Assembly (NCBI GenBank): GCA_965209055.1
Contig: OZ242374.1
Coordinates: 1,088,001-1,152,000, forward strand
Length of the DNA stretch: 64,000 bases
Direction of reading: 5' to 3'
From: Acidobacteriota bacterium
GTDB taxonomy: Bacteria; Acidobacteriota; UBA6911; RPQK01; JAJDTT01
Shown here: piece by piece, positions 55,605 to 64,000 of the stretch
Layout: the number at the start of each line of letters is the position of its first letter
Numbering within the stretch: the stretch's first letter is position 1
The notes under the pieces: generated by a model
What the model saw: the letters and a program-made list of their open reading frames with translations, nothing else
The model's database searches: none
What the model was told of the DNA's origin: nothing
Translations under genes and position numbers: made by a program

Positions 55605-55783
55605 GGGGGGGCGGGGGCGGGGGCGGCGGTTTCCCAACCGCCGAATCCCGAGCAGCAGGAGAACAGGAGCGATGCCGGGCGATTAGGAAATCGCCCCTCC
55701 GAAGGAGAACACGCGCAGTACCGGGCGATTAGGAAATCGCCCTTCCGAAGGAAAACACGCGCAGTGCCAAGCGATTAGAAATC
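55605..55783. repeat. REP array upstream of RAYT; last unit interrupted by island 2
   Basis: CGGCGGTTTCCCAACCGCCG, then GGGCGATTAGGAAATCGCCC x2 in ~46-bp tandem units; third unit stops at GCGATTAGAAATC. Confidence 0.85.
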
Positions 55784-55833
55784 CTTTACTCTGTCCAACG
55801 GAGTCATGGGATTTATCCTGTCTTTTCAACAAG

Positions 55834-56940
55834 TTATCCTGATACTCCTCTCAAATTGTTCCCCTTGGCTCTTACCCGTTGCCTGTTTGTTGCCTGTTGC
55901 GTTTGGGAGTCTTCGTTAGCCTGTGCCTCCCGAATGCTCTGGAGCGCATGGGAACTGACGTACCCGGCGTAGCGCATAGTCGTGCTGATCGCCGAGTGTC
56001 CCATCAACTTCTGGACCGTTCTCACGTCCACACCCTGCATCAGCCAGTGGCTGCAGCGGAATCGTCTCAGATCGTGAAATCCGACCTTCAAGCCGACCCT
56101 CTCGCCAGCCCGGCGCAGTGGCATGTCGGGATTCACCCATCTCGTCCCGGTCCGGCTGTTGACGAAGACGTAAGGGATGTTCAGGTAGCGAACCAGTCCA
56201 GCCAGATATCCGGTGGCATACTTCGAGATCGGAATCTCCCTCGGCTCGTCGTTCTTGGTGAGTTCCACCCAGAGTAATCCGCGCCCTAGGTCCACCCGTT
56301 TCCAGGTCAGCGACAATGCTTCTCCCTTTCGGATGCCCGTCTCGCCGATCACTGCAATCATGGCTTGCAGGTAGGGATTGTCCGCCGCCTCGACGAGGTC
56401 GCGGAACTGTTGAACCGTCAAAGGCCGGAAGACCTTCTTGGGCTCCTTCAGTTTGGGGAACCGAACCAGCGGGTGCGTGTCCACCTCTCCGCACTCCAGC
56501 GCGTAGGAAAACAGCTTGCTGATGGCGGCAATGGCGCGGTTCACCGTGGCCGGCGCGACCTGTTTCTTCCTCTGGGCGACGTAGCGGTGCAGGTCTTTGC
56601 GTTGGAACTCCTTCAGGGGAATGTTCCCCAGCATGGCATTGAGGCTCTTGAACGAACCCTCATAGCTCCGCCAGGAGCGCATGCGAGGTTTGCAATACTC
56701 CTCGAGAAATCGCTCGTAGAAGCTCCGGACCGTCCAGACGGTGCGTTTCCCACCGGCGAGCTCCCTCTTGAGCTGCTTCCAGGTGCCGTCCAGGATGCTG
56801 GACTCGATTCGTGTTTGAAGCGCCTGTGCGCTCCGGTAGTTGGGGGCGTACATTCGGAGCCGACCGGATCCGTTCGGCCAGTACTTGCTGACGACGAAAC
56901 GTCGTCTCCCCCGGCGATCCTTTACCTTGTAGATGCCCAT
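55834..56940 (-). CDS. Tyrosine recombinase/integrase, copy 2
   Basis: Near-identical to 38233..39348 with intact R-K-H-R-H-Y residues; AGGAGG RBS. Confidence 0.93.
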   Translation of the reverse strand: MGIYKVKDRRGRRRFVVSKYWPNGSGRLRMYAPNYRSAQALQTRIESSILDGTWKQLKRELAGGKRTVWTVRSFYERFLEEYCKPRMRSWRSYEGSFKSLNAMLGNIPLKEFQRKDLHRYVAQRKKQVAPATVNRAIAAISKLFSYALECGEVDTHPLVRFPKLKEPKKVFRPLTVQQFRDLVEAADNPYLQAMIAVIGETGIRKGEALSLTWKRVDLGRGLLWVELTKNDEPREIPISKYATGYLAGLVRYLNIPYVFVNSRTGTRWVNPDMPLRRAGERVGLKVGFHDLRRFRCSHWLMQGVDVRTVQKLMGHSAISTTMRYAGYVSSHALQSIREAQANEDSQTQQATNRQRVRAKGNNLRGVSG

Positions 56941-57057
56941 GCATCTCCTCCTTTCTGGATCCGGGTTCTTCGCCGTGGGACGAATCGTACCACGGCGACA
57001 GAGATTCGACGTCGGCGTTCAGGTTCTTCAGAGCGAGAACGCGGTGGCGACTTCTAG

Positions 57058-58246
57058 GGAAGGTCTGATTAAGTCGAGTCAGCGTTCTGCACGATAATTC
57101 TTCCATCATCACTGCATGGAGGATAGATGATGTCGCAACGAACGTTCGCAGATCTGGAATACGACGGCAAGAAGCGGGTGACCCGTCGGGAGAGATTTCT
57201 GGCCCGGATGGACCGGTTGATTCCATGGGAGCAGTTGGAAGCCCGGATTCGGCCCGTTTACCCGAAAGCGGGACGGGGACGGCGTCCCTACCCGCTCTCG
57301 ACGATGCTTCGGATCCACTGCGTGCAGCTGTTTTACAACCTGAGCGATCCGGGGATGGAGGATCTGCTCTATGAGGTGGAGTCGGTGCGGCGGTTCGTGG
57401 GCCTGAAGCTCACGGGGCCGCTGCCGGACGAGACGACGATTCTGAAATTCCGTCATCGGCTGGAGGAGCATGGTCTGGGGGAGGCGCTGTTCGAGGAGAT
57501 CGGTTCTCACCTGCAGCGGCAAGGCCTGCGGCTGAGCCGGGGGACGATCGTGGACGCGAGTATCCTGGCGGCGCCTTCCTCGACCAAGAACAGGGAGGGG
57601 GCGCGGGACCCGGAGATGCATCAGACGAAGAAGGGAAAACAGTGGTATTTCGGAATGAAGGCCCACCTGGGGGTGGACGCCCAGACGGGGGTGGCGCACA
57701 CGGTGGTGACGGCGCCGGCTAACGAGCATGACGTGACGCGAGCCGGTGAGTTGCTGCACGGCTCGGAGTCTCAAGTTTGGGGGGATTCGGGATACCAGGG
57801 AGTGGGAAAGCGGTCGGAGAATCGAGATCGGCCGGTGGATTGGCAGGTGATGATGAAGCCGGGGAAGCGTTGGCGGCTGCCACCGGAGAGTGAGGCGGCG
57901 TTGGCCGAGCGGCGCAAAGCGTCGGTTCGGGCCAAGGCAGAACATGTATTCGGGTACCTGAAACGGCATTTCGGCTACGCGAAGGTGCGCTACCGGGGGC
58001 TGGCGAAAAACACCCAACGGATCTATTTGCTGGTGGGGTTCGCCAATCTGATGATCGCCGAGCGCTCTGGCGTGAACGCCTGATCCGGGCGCGGGAGAGG
58101 TGCGTCGAGATTCGGGGAATCAGTCTGAGAATGGGGGCACCCAGAGCCTTGCCAGGGTGGTACTCCTCATAATGAAGGTTTGGACACCGCAAAGCCGAAA
58201 CAATAACGGCTCTCACGTCCCTTGAATCGACTTGTTCAGACCTTCC
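57058..58246 (+). mobile_element. IS5-family insertion sequence
   Basis: TIRs GGAAGGTCTGATTAAGTC and GACTTGTTCAGACCTTCC; CTAG duplicated at 57054-57057 and 58247-58250. Confidence 0.95.
57127..58083 (+). CDS. IS5-family DDE transposase
   Basis: TRRERFL; PDETTILKFRH; IVDAS; WYFGMKAH; WGDSGY; RAKAEH; VRYRGLAKN. Confidence 0.95.
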   Translation: MMSQRTFADLEYDGKKRVTRRERFLARMDRLIPWEQLEARIRPVYPKAGRGRRPYPLSTMLRIHCVQLFYNLSDPGMEDLLYEVESVRRFVGLKLTGPLPDETTILKFRHRLEEHGLGEALFEEIGSHLQRQGLRLSRGTIVDASILAAPSSTKNREGARDPEMHQTKKGKQWYFGMKAHLGVDAQTGVAHTVVTAPANEHDVTRAGELLHGSESQVWGDSGYQGVGKRSENRDRPVDWQVMMKPGKRWRLPPESEAALAERRKASVRAKAEHVFGYLKRHFGYAKVRYRGLAKNTQRIYLLVGFANLMIAERSGVNA

Positions 58247-58710
58247 CTAGTGCTAGTTTGGGATGAGCCCCCCATAACTGCCTCTCGCGATCATTACGCA
58301 GTTGGTCCTGTGTCGGGACTTCCACCGAATACAACAGTCCGAAACACACCGCAGGCGTAGGGTAGCTCCCACGTCCATTCGGACGGACAGGTAGGCTCTT
58401 CAACTACCCAATTGAGGAATCGTTGCAGGACCGACTCCCATCCGGGGGTTTGGACGATCTTAGGTGACGCCGGGTTAGGGGAGAGTAGAAAAAAGTTTTT
58501 GCCCGCCGTGACTTCCGACGTCATATTTCAAATCGAAACAAACTAGACAGATAGTCCCGAAGAAAATACAAAATAGTCGGGTGAGAAGCCCAATGGCCCT
58601 GGAGAATACCGGGAAGTCGAACCCAGAGGTGGGAAGGTGTCGAGCCCTCGCGATATGACGATTGAGAAGGACGATACGCTTCTGCCTCCGACACAAGAGC
58701 CGGGAAGGCA

Positions 58711-59463
58711 GTGGAAGTGAACAGGCCCGCCGAAACCGTGAGGAAAGCCTACGTCACATCGGAAGTCGCTGAAGTACACCTTGAACCTTCGGACGATGCG
58801 CCAGTGGTGGTTCGTTTGTACAAGCGAGAACTCGTGGATGTCTTCGAAGAATCAGGCGAATGGGCCAGAGTGTCCCACTATTACGACCATTTTTGTGACG
58901 GTCGAATGCTCGCTCGGTGGATCAAGGATTCATGCCTGGGGTCGGAAAGACCCGCACCACCGAAACACGGATTACCCAATGACGCTTTGGGGAACGCACT
59001 TGCCAATTCGGACGATGTTGAGAGGTACTGGAAGCGGTTTCACCAAGGAGCGAAACGTGCAATGGAGAGAGGTTTGGCGTCTGTAGAGCATTTCATCGAG
59101 TGCGGCGGATGGATACGGTCTGGTACGGAAGGCTTCTACTTTGTTCACACCGAGTCACGCGTCCGGGGCCGAATCTACGTACATGGGCCAACCGGCAAGA
59201 TGGCCCAATGGCATCCTTGGATGGACGACAAACGAGCTTCCGAATACCTGTATCAGATACAGGATCGGAAATGCGCATTGTGTGAAGTCCCGTTCCCGCA
59301 TAGGAACCTTGAGGTAGACCACATCGTTCCGAAGAAGGTGGGGCGTAACGACAAACTCGCCAATCTCCAGCTTCTCTGTCCAGCATGCAATCGTCTCAAG
59401 GGAGACAGACCGATGGATTGGGCTGTAGGTCAGGTGCGTGATCTTGGAATCGTCAGAGAATAG
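58711..59463 (+). CDS. SH3b-like domain fused to an HNH endonuclease
   Basis: YVT.....VHLEPSDDAPVVVRL.....V.V....GEWARV; C-terminal CALC...VDHIVP......N....NLQLLCPACN..K. Confidence 0.8.
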   Translation: MEVNRPAETVRKAYVTSEVAEVHLEPSDDAPVVVRLYKRELVDVFEESGEWARVSHYYDHFCDGRMLARWIKDSCLGSERPAPPKHGLPNDALGNALANSDDVERYWKRFHQGAKRAMERGLASVEHFIECGGWIRSGTEGFYFVHTESRVRGRIYVHGPTGKMAQWHPWMDDKRASEYLYQIQDRKCALCEVPFPHRNLEVDHIVPKKVGRNDKLANLQLLCPACNRLKGDRPMDWAVGQVRDLGIVRE

Positions 59464-59601
59464 GGTGGCAGATAAGCCGACACCAGCACCGAGGGTTCCG
59501 CCCGAACTGGATGCTGCCGTAGACGCGGTGCTGATATTCAGGAAATCGTGAGGGAAGTGGGCTCCCGAACAGCCGAGACAGGATCTCCTTCAGCCAAGTG
59601 G

Positions 59602-62454
59602 TCATCGCGACACCGGGATCACCGGCAAGGTCGTAAAGATCCGGTTGTCGGGATCCATTTCCAATGCAACTCCGGTAAACCGCCCCTCGTCCGGGGCACT
59701 GCAGCGCACCACTCCCACGAAGTCAGACGTATCAGTCTCGAATATCTCATCAATGAACTTGGCTACTTGACCGTTGCCTGGCAGCGGGATCTCTTTCTCT
59801 TCCAGCACGGCACCCTTTCGCATCAACTGGCAGGTCAGTGTCATCGGGTCCGGTTCCAGGTTGCGGATGGCCGCGCCGGTATTGATTCCTCCTGCTTGGC
59901 GGCGAGCTGGAAAGACGGCAGCTGGGACTGATTGGCTGGCGCCGACTCCCGCCACACCGATGGCCGGAGCGTTGAAGCGCAGGACCCCACCGAGCGGGCC
60001 GTCAGAAACCACTCGTACCGATCCAATCCTCAACCTCCCTTCCCCAGTGGTTGATATCGTCCGCTCGCCCAGAGGCTTGATCTTCGTCCTGATGGTCAAA
60101 ACCCCTTCGTCTGTGAGTTCCAGATCGCCCGTCAAGTTCACCACTGAGTCGCCGGCGATGGTATTGCCCTTGGGATCGAAGAAGGAGAGAGTCGGGGTAG
60201 CGTCCGCACTGGACACGTTCACCAGCACCACCTCGGAAGAAATGGATTCTCCGTTGGCGAAGTGCGCAAAGTCCAGGCTCGCCGCCTGCTCTTCGGTCGC
60301 CACAGGCACGAGCGGCAACGTGGTGAAGATCCGATTGTCAGGATCCATCTCCAGAGCCACTCCGGTGAAGATTTCGTCGTTCGGAGCAGTGCAACGAACC
60401 GAGCCCACGAAGTCTGATGTATCGGTCTTGGTGAACAACTCCTGGATGAACTTGGCCGTCTGCCCGTTGCCGTCCAAAGGAATGTCCTTCTCTTCCAATT
60501 CCGTGCCGTCTTGCATCAATCGGCAACTCACTACGATCGGGTCTTCTCCCAGGTTCCGGATCGCCGCGCCGGTGTTGATTCCGCCCTCTTTGCGGCGCGC
60601 TGGAAAAATGGCGTCCCGGACAGGTTGGCTGGCGCCTACCCCGGCTACCCCAATTTCCGGAATGTCAAAGCGCAGGACCCCACCGATAGGACCGTCTGCC
60701 TCCACCCTCACGGACCCAGTCACCAACTCCCCTTGACCGCGGGTCGATATCGTCAGCTCCCCCAAGGGTTCCATCTTGGTTCGGACGGAAATTGCTCCGT
60801 CTTGTTCACTCCCCAAGTCTCCCCTGAGATCCACAATCGACTCTCCGCGAATGAGATGTCCCTGTTTGTTGTAGAAGGAGATGGTGGCCCGGATCGGCGC
60901 AGCGCCCACATTCACCAACACCAAGTCGGAGGTGATGGAAGCCCCGTTGGCAAAATGGGCGAAGTCCAAACCCGGCATGGGCGTGGATTCCGTCGTGGCC
61001 TCAGCGCCAGCGCCCTTGCTGTTCACTGCCCTCACCTGAAACTCATAGGACGTCCCATTGGTCAGACCCGTGATGGTGATGCTGCGCGCAGTGGCGCCGC
61101 CCTCGACTTCCATCCAGGTGCCCCAGCCGGCACCCGACTCGCGATAGCGGACATCGTAGTTGAGGATCGGGGAACCACCGTCATTCGCCGGCTCATTCCA
61201 CCGGAGTGTCACGGCCCCATTGCCGCCTCGGGCAGACAATGACGGGGTTCCCGGAACCGCGCCTGGCGTCTGGTTGACCATGGACGGCTCACCATCACCG
61301 ATGTCGTTCACGGCCCGCACTTGAAAGGCATACTCGATCCCGTTGGTCAGACCGGAGATGGTCACTCTGGTTGCGCTCGATCCTCCAGAGACTTCCGTCC
61401 ATTCGCTGTAACTGCTATTTCCGCCGCCGGCTCTATAGCGGTACTCGTAGCGGAGGATGCTGGAGCCACCGTCGGCCGCTGCATTCCAGCTCAAGGTGAT
61501 GCTTCCGTTACCCGCTGCGGCCATCAGTCCCACCGGTGCACCAGGAACAGAAGCCGCGCCCAAGCAGTTCAGTTCGGCCTCGCCGCCAGCGAGGAGCGTC
61601 TCAAGCGCATCACGCTCCGCCGGGTCGACACTCAACTCGTATTCTTGCTTCACGGCAATCACGCGAGCTGCGAACCAGGCGCGGTGTCGGGCCGGCGTCC
61701 AGTCGGCGGCATCCCGGTCACTCTTTTCCGACCGGTTCACCGTCGAGTCTGCGATCGTCAGGTTGTCGAGGTCGCTCGCGATGTCCCGGCGCCTGTCGTC
61801 GGCGATCCCGCTGTCGTGCGCCTCCGCCAGGGCGACGATGTGCTCGATGTCCGTTGCAGCGGTCCCCGCCACCGTAATGTCGAACGCAATGCAGGAATAC
61901 GGCGTATAGACTTGCCCGTCTTTCTTCATGGTCGCTGGCAGCGCCGCGATGATGTCGTCTTCCAGGCGTGTGTATCCCGATCCGTAATCATCGCGATCGT
62001 AGCCGTCGCGTGACCGCTCCGCGCAGACCTTCAGGCCACGCCAAGTCTCTGCATCCGCCGGGCATCCCGTGGACTGCGGATCATCGGTTCGTTTTTTTGG
62101 AATGTACCCTCTGGGGTTCGAGGATGAGTCACAAGCGATGTCGTCGTTGTCCGTGTCGCTCGACCGCTGCCGCTCAAGCCACTCGTAGATGATCCCGGTG
62201 CCGTCACGGTTGTCCTTGTATGCCGGCAACCGCAGCCCCTCATCGCGGTTCAATGCTTCAGAGCAGGTCAGGTCCCCGTTGCCGTTGCCGTCCCAGTAGG
62301 CGAACTCATCACGCGATTGTGCCCCTGCTGAAGGACTAGGCCCCAACACGAGAGCCGCGGTCATCAGGGCCATGATTCTCGGTTTCCAGCGGCCTGAGAT
62401 GTTTCGGGGATTTCCGCAGCCGGCCGGCGAGGTTTCTTGTATCTGACTGTTCAT
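59602..62454 (-). CDS. Secreted multidomain nuclease-like protein: EF-hand-like loop, DUF1524-type His-Me domain, two FN3, two C-terminal repeats
   Basis: DGNGNGDLTCSE; DIEHIVALAEAHDSG...DLDNL.......N..KSDRDAADW; FN3 (ITGLTNGTSYEFQVRAVN); LDFAHFANG...RIFTTLP repeated twice. Confidence 0.8.
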   Translation of the reverse strand: MNSQIQETSPAGCGNPRNISGRWKPRIMALMTAALVLGPSPSAGAQSRDEFAYWDGNGNGDLTCSEALNRDEGLRLPAYKDNRDGTGIIYEWLERQRSSDTDNDDIACDSSSNPRGYIPKKRTDDPQSTGCPADAETWRGLKVCAERSRDGYDRDDYGSGYTRLEDDIIAALPATMKKDGQVYTPYSCIAFDITVAGTAATDIEHIVALAEAHDSGIADDRRRDIASDLDNLTIADSTVNRSEKSDRDAADWTPARHRAWFAARVIAVKQEYELSVDPAERDALETLLAGGEAELNCLGAASVPGAPVGLMAAAGNGSITLSWNAAADGGSSILRYEYRYRAGGGNSSYSEWTEVSGGSSATRVTISGLTNGIEYAFQVRAVNDIGDGEPSMVNQTPGAVPGTPSLSARGGNGAVTLRWNEPANDGGSPILNYDVRYRESGAGWGTWMEVEGGATARSITITGLTNGTSYEFQVRAVNSKGAGAEATTESTPMPGLDFAHFANGASITSDLVLVNVGAAPIRATISFYNKQGHLIRGESIVDLRGDLGSEQDGAISVRTKMEPLGELTISTRGQGELVTGSVRVEADGPIGGVLRFDIPEIGVAGVGASQPVRDAIFPARRKEGGINTGAAIRNLGEDPIVVSCRLMQDGTELEEKDIPLDGNGQTAKFIQELFTKTDTSDFVGSVRCTAPNDEIFTGVALEMDPDNRIFTTLPLVPVATEEQAASLDFAHFANGESISSEVVLVNVSSADATPTLSFFDPKGNTIAGDSVVNLTGDLELTDEGVLTIRTKIKPLGERTISTTGEGRLRIGSVRVVSDGPLGGVLRFNAPAIGVAGVGASQSVPAAVFPARRQAGGINTGAAIRNLEPDPMTLTCQLMRKGAVLEEKEIPLPGNGQVAKFIDEIFETDTSDFVGVVRCSAPDEGRFTGVALEMDPDNRIFTTLPVIPVSR

Positions 62455-62779
62455 GAGCCCGTCAATCTAACACAGGGTCCGGTGAGGGACGCTGCCACAT
62501 CCTCTCCCTGATGGACTGCGAGGCTACCACAGGCGGAAAGCGAGAAAATCCCGGATTCTAGAAAAATTCGAGCCCGTGAGAGGCCCCAGAATCGACGATC
62601 TCCCTTGATCCAGGGGTAAGGGCCTTCAGGCGTTGTCCCAGCGACTCGCGGCGAACCGGTAGGGAAGATCGCCCAGGACCTTTTGCTAGACTGCCGGAAG
62701 GATGCAACCCCCGAAGTCCGGAGCTTGAGGCCAAAGACAGAGCTTGACGTCCCCATTGGGGAGTCCACGAACACCCCCA

Positions 62780-63067
62780 ATGAGGGTGTTGGGGCCACTG
62801 TTCCTCCCTTGGGTGGGAGAGGCAATCCGGGATGAAGAGGTGGCCGTGATCTTCCTGAAGGAATTCTGGTCTCAGATCGTAGGGGATCAGTCGGCGGAAT
62901 CGACGGTGCCGCTGCGTCTGCGAAAGTGCACTCTGGAGATCGGCGTCTCCGGCCGCGAATGGGAGCGGGTGCTCCAGGGGATGGCTCAGCCCTTGATGGC
63001 CAAGGTCAATGAGTTCTGGAGCCGGTCGCTGGTTCGGCGGCTGGATTTCCAGGTGGTCGATCCCTGA
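62780..63067 (+). CDS. DUF721/DciA-like small protein
   Basis: WSQIVG......T.PL.L....L.I.V....W...L......L..KVN pattern. Confidence 0.6.
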   Translation: MRVLGPLFLPWVGEAIRDEEVAVIFLKEFWSQIVGDQSAESTVPLRLRKCTLEIGVSGREWERVLQGMAQPLMAKVNEFWSRSLVRRLDFQVVDP

Positions 63068-63124
63068 CCAGGGGAGCGCTCGGGCTGAGGGTGGCGGAGA
63101 GTGCCATCCTTGTCTTCTGTCGGC

Positions 63125-63673
63125 TCAGCGCCGACGGCAATCCTCTTTGTTCACTCGCAGGTACTCTTGCCGAAACCTAAGGATGAGGGAGTTTAGCGGT
63201 GCAAGGACGAACGACGCGCCGGTGAAGCGAAGCGCTCCAGGCGCTCCGGGGAGCACATGCCCTACTTGGTGAGCCCGCCAGACTGCCCCCAGGCGGTTGC
63301 TTGGCACTACCCCCCGCCCCCCCTTGTGGTACTCCACTGATACGTTGAACCCAGAACCAACGACGTGAGCGCTCACGTATAGAACGGACCCGTCTGTCTT
63401 GGTTCGGTCATAAGAATCCGAGTAGATGCCAACTGGGCGCAAGTGCGTCACCGCCGCAAGCCAGAGGCGATGCTCGGTTAGACCGATTCTCTTCGCATCG
63501 TTGCTCAAGCGTTTCACCACGACCGCCATGGGGCGGCAGGCGTTGTACAGCCTTCTCCGGTCGTGGTCGTTAATATGCTGGGCCTTGATGGATCCGGGTT
63601 GAATTACCGCGAAAACAGCGAGTGCAACGAACCAAGTTGGGAGTCTGCCAATCAGGAGATTGCGGTAACTCAT
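63125..63673 (-). CDS. Hypothetical exported protein
   Basis: Signal peptide ending IKA-Q; C-terminus EYLRVNKEDC matches the fragment at 33740-33800. Confidence 0.6.
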   Translation of the reverse strand: MSYRNLLIGRLPTWFVALAVFAVIQPGSIKAQHINDHDRRRLYNACRPMAVVVKRLSNDAKRIGLTEHRLWLAAVTHLRPVGIYSDSYDRTKTDGSVLYVSAHVVGSGFNVSVEYHKGGRGVVPSNRLGAVWRAHQVGHVLPGAPGALRFTGASFVLAPLNSLILRFRQEYLRVNKEDCRRR

Positions 63674-63721
63674 GCGGTGAAATCCTACTACACCCTCTCC
63701 CGAGGCCGGCACTGCTGCGTT

Positions 63722-63735
63722 CGTAACGCTTTACG
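63722..63735. promoter_or_regulatory. Putative TA operator palindrome
   Basis: CGTAA-cgct-TTACG about 30 bp upstream of the toxin ATG. Confidence 0.45.
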
Positions 63736-63766
63736 GATATCATAAAGGTGGCTACCCTGACGCTCT

Positions 63767-64000
63767 ATGATCCGAAGCTTCAGTGACCGAAGTACCCGGC
63801 GCTTCTTCGAGGGCCATCGGGTGAGGGCGTTCCAGGGATTCGCGGATCAGGCTGTGCGACGTCTCACCCTGTTGGACAACGCGGAGTCCCTCCGGGACCT
63901 GGCCGGGCTGCCAAGCAACCGCCTGGAAGCGCTTCGCGGCAACCGGACCGGCCAGTACAGCATTCGGATCAATGCCCGGTGGAGAATCTGTTTCCGTTGG
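63767..64000 (+). CDS. higB: HigB/RelE-family toxin, truncated by the window end
   Basis: Own translation: MIRSFSDRSTRRFFEG...DLAGLPSNRLEALRGNRTGQYSIRINARWRICFRW. Confidence 0.9.
   Translation, partial: MIRSFSDRSTRRFFEGHRVRAFQGFADQAVRRLTLLDNAESLRDLAGLPSNRLEALRGNRTGQYSIRINARWRICFRW

Larger units (their letters stand above)
55773..64000. mobile_element. Second integrative island of the same family; distal end not found in the window
   Basis: Junction GATTAGAAATC|CTTTACTCTGTCC matches the reverse complement of the island 1 right end; adjacent integrase; IS5, HNH and TA cargo; extent beyond the integrase is inferred. Confidence 0.6.

Noticed and set aside
55670-55783. Palindromic repeats with short spacers as a mini-CRISPR
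   Set aside because: The spacers are near-identical and the repeat is the REP family seen across the window.
38233-56940. Composite transposon carrying the T2SS between two integrases
   Set aside because: The att core and arm-like motifs pair integrase 1 with 30778 on its left, so each integrase belongs to an island extending away from the T2SS.
58251-62780. Candidate distal ends for island 2 (GGAAATCG near 59541, CCTGTTTGTTG near 60862, GATCGCCC near 62667)
   Set aside because: Short partial matches without the full core or accompanying end motifs; one lies inside a CDS.

Overview
High-GC bacterial window. The gene content suggests an Acidobacteriota member, possibly sponge-associated (inference only): fused LptF/G, two PSD1-cytochrome c/DUF1501 pairs, plant-type LRR, Calx-beta and FN3 secreted proteins. 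Core-like blocks are lptFG plus a methyltransferase, the PSD1/DUF1501 clusters, NlpC/P60, M20, S8 and M23 peptidases, and an ECF sigma/anti-sigma pair leading a gspE-F-G-H-I-J-K-L-M-C-D type II secretion cluster. The main observation is a set of mobile elements built around one family of GGAG-type REP palindromes. A RAYT (HUH Y1) transposase gene sits between REPs. Two near-identical tyrosine integrases each end at a junction inside a REP hairpin. One of these islands is complete (30778-39401) and is bounded by an 11-bp direct repeat GATTTCCAATC whose removal restores a perfect REP. A class IIC group II intron is inserted just after another REP hairpin. REP doublets are also translated in frame within the cleavable leaders of two pseudopilins. 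Also present are an IS5 with a CTAG target duplication, an SH3-HNH fusion, two secreted proteins sharing an unrecognised ~530-aa C-terminal module, and a truncated higB. All calls are by eye; no searches were run.
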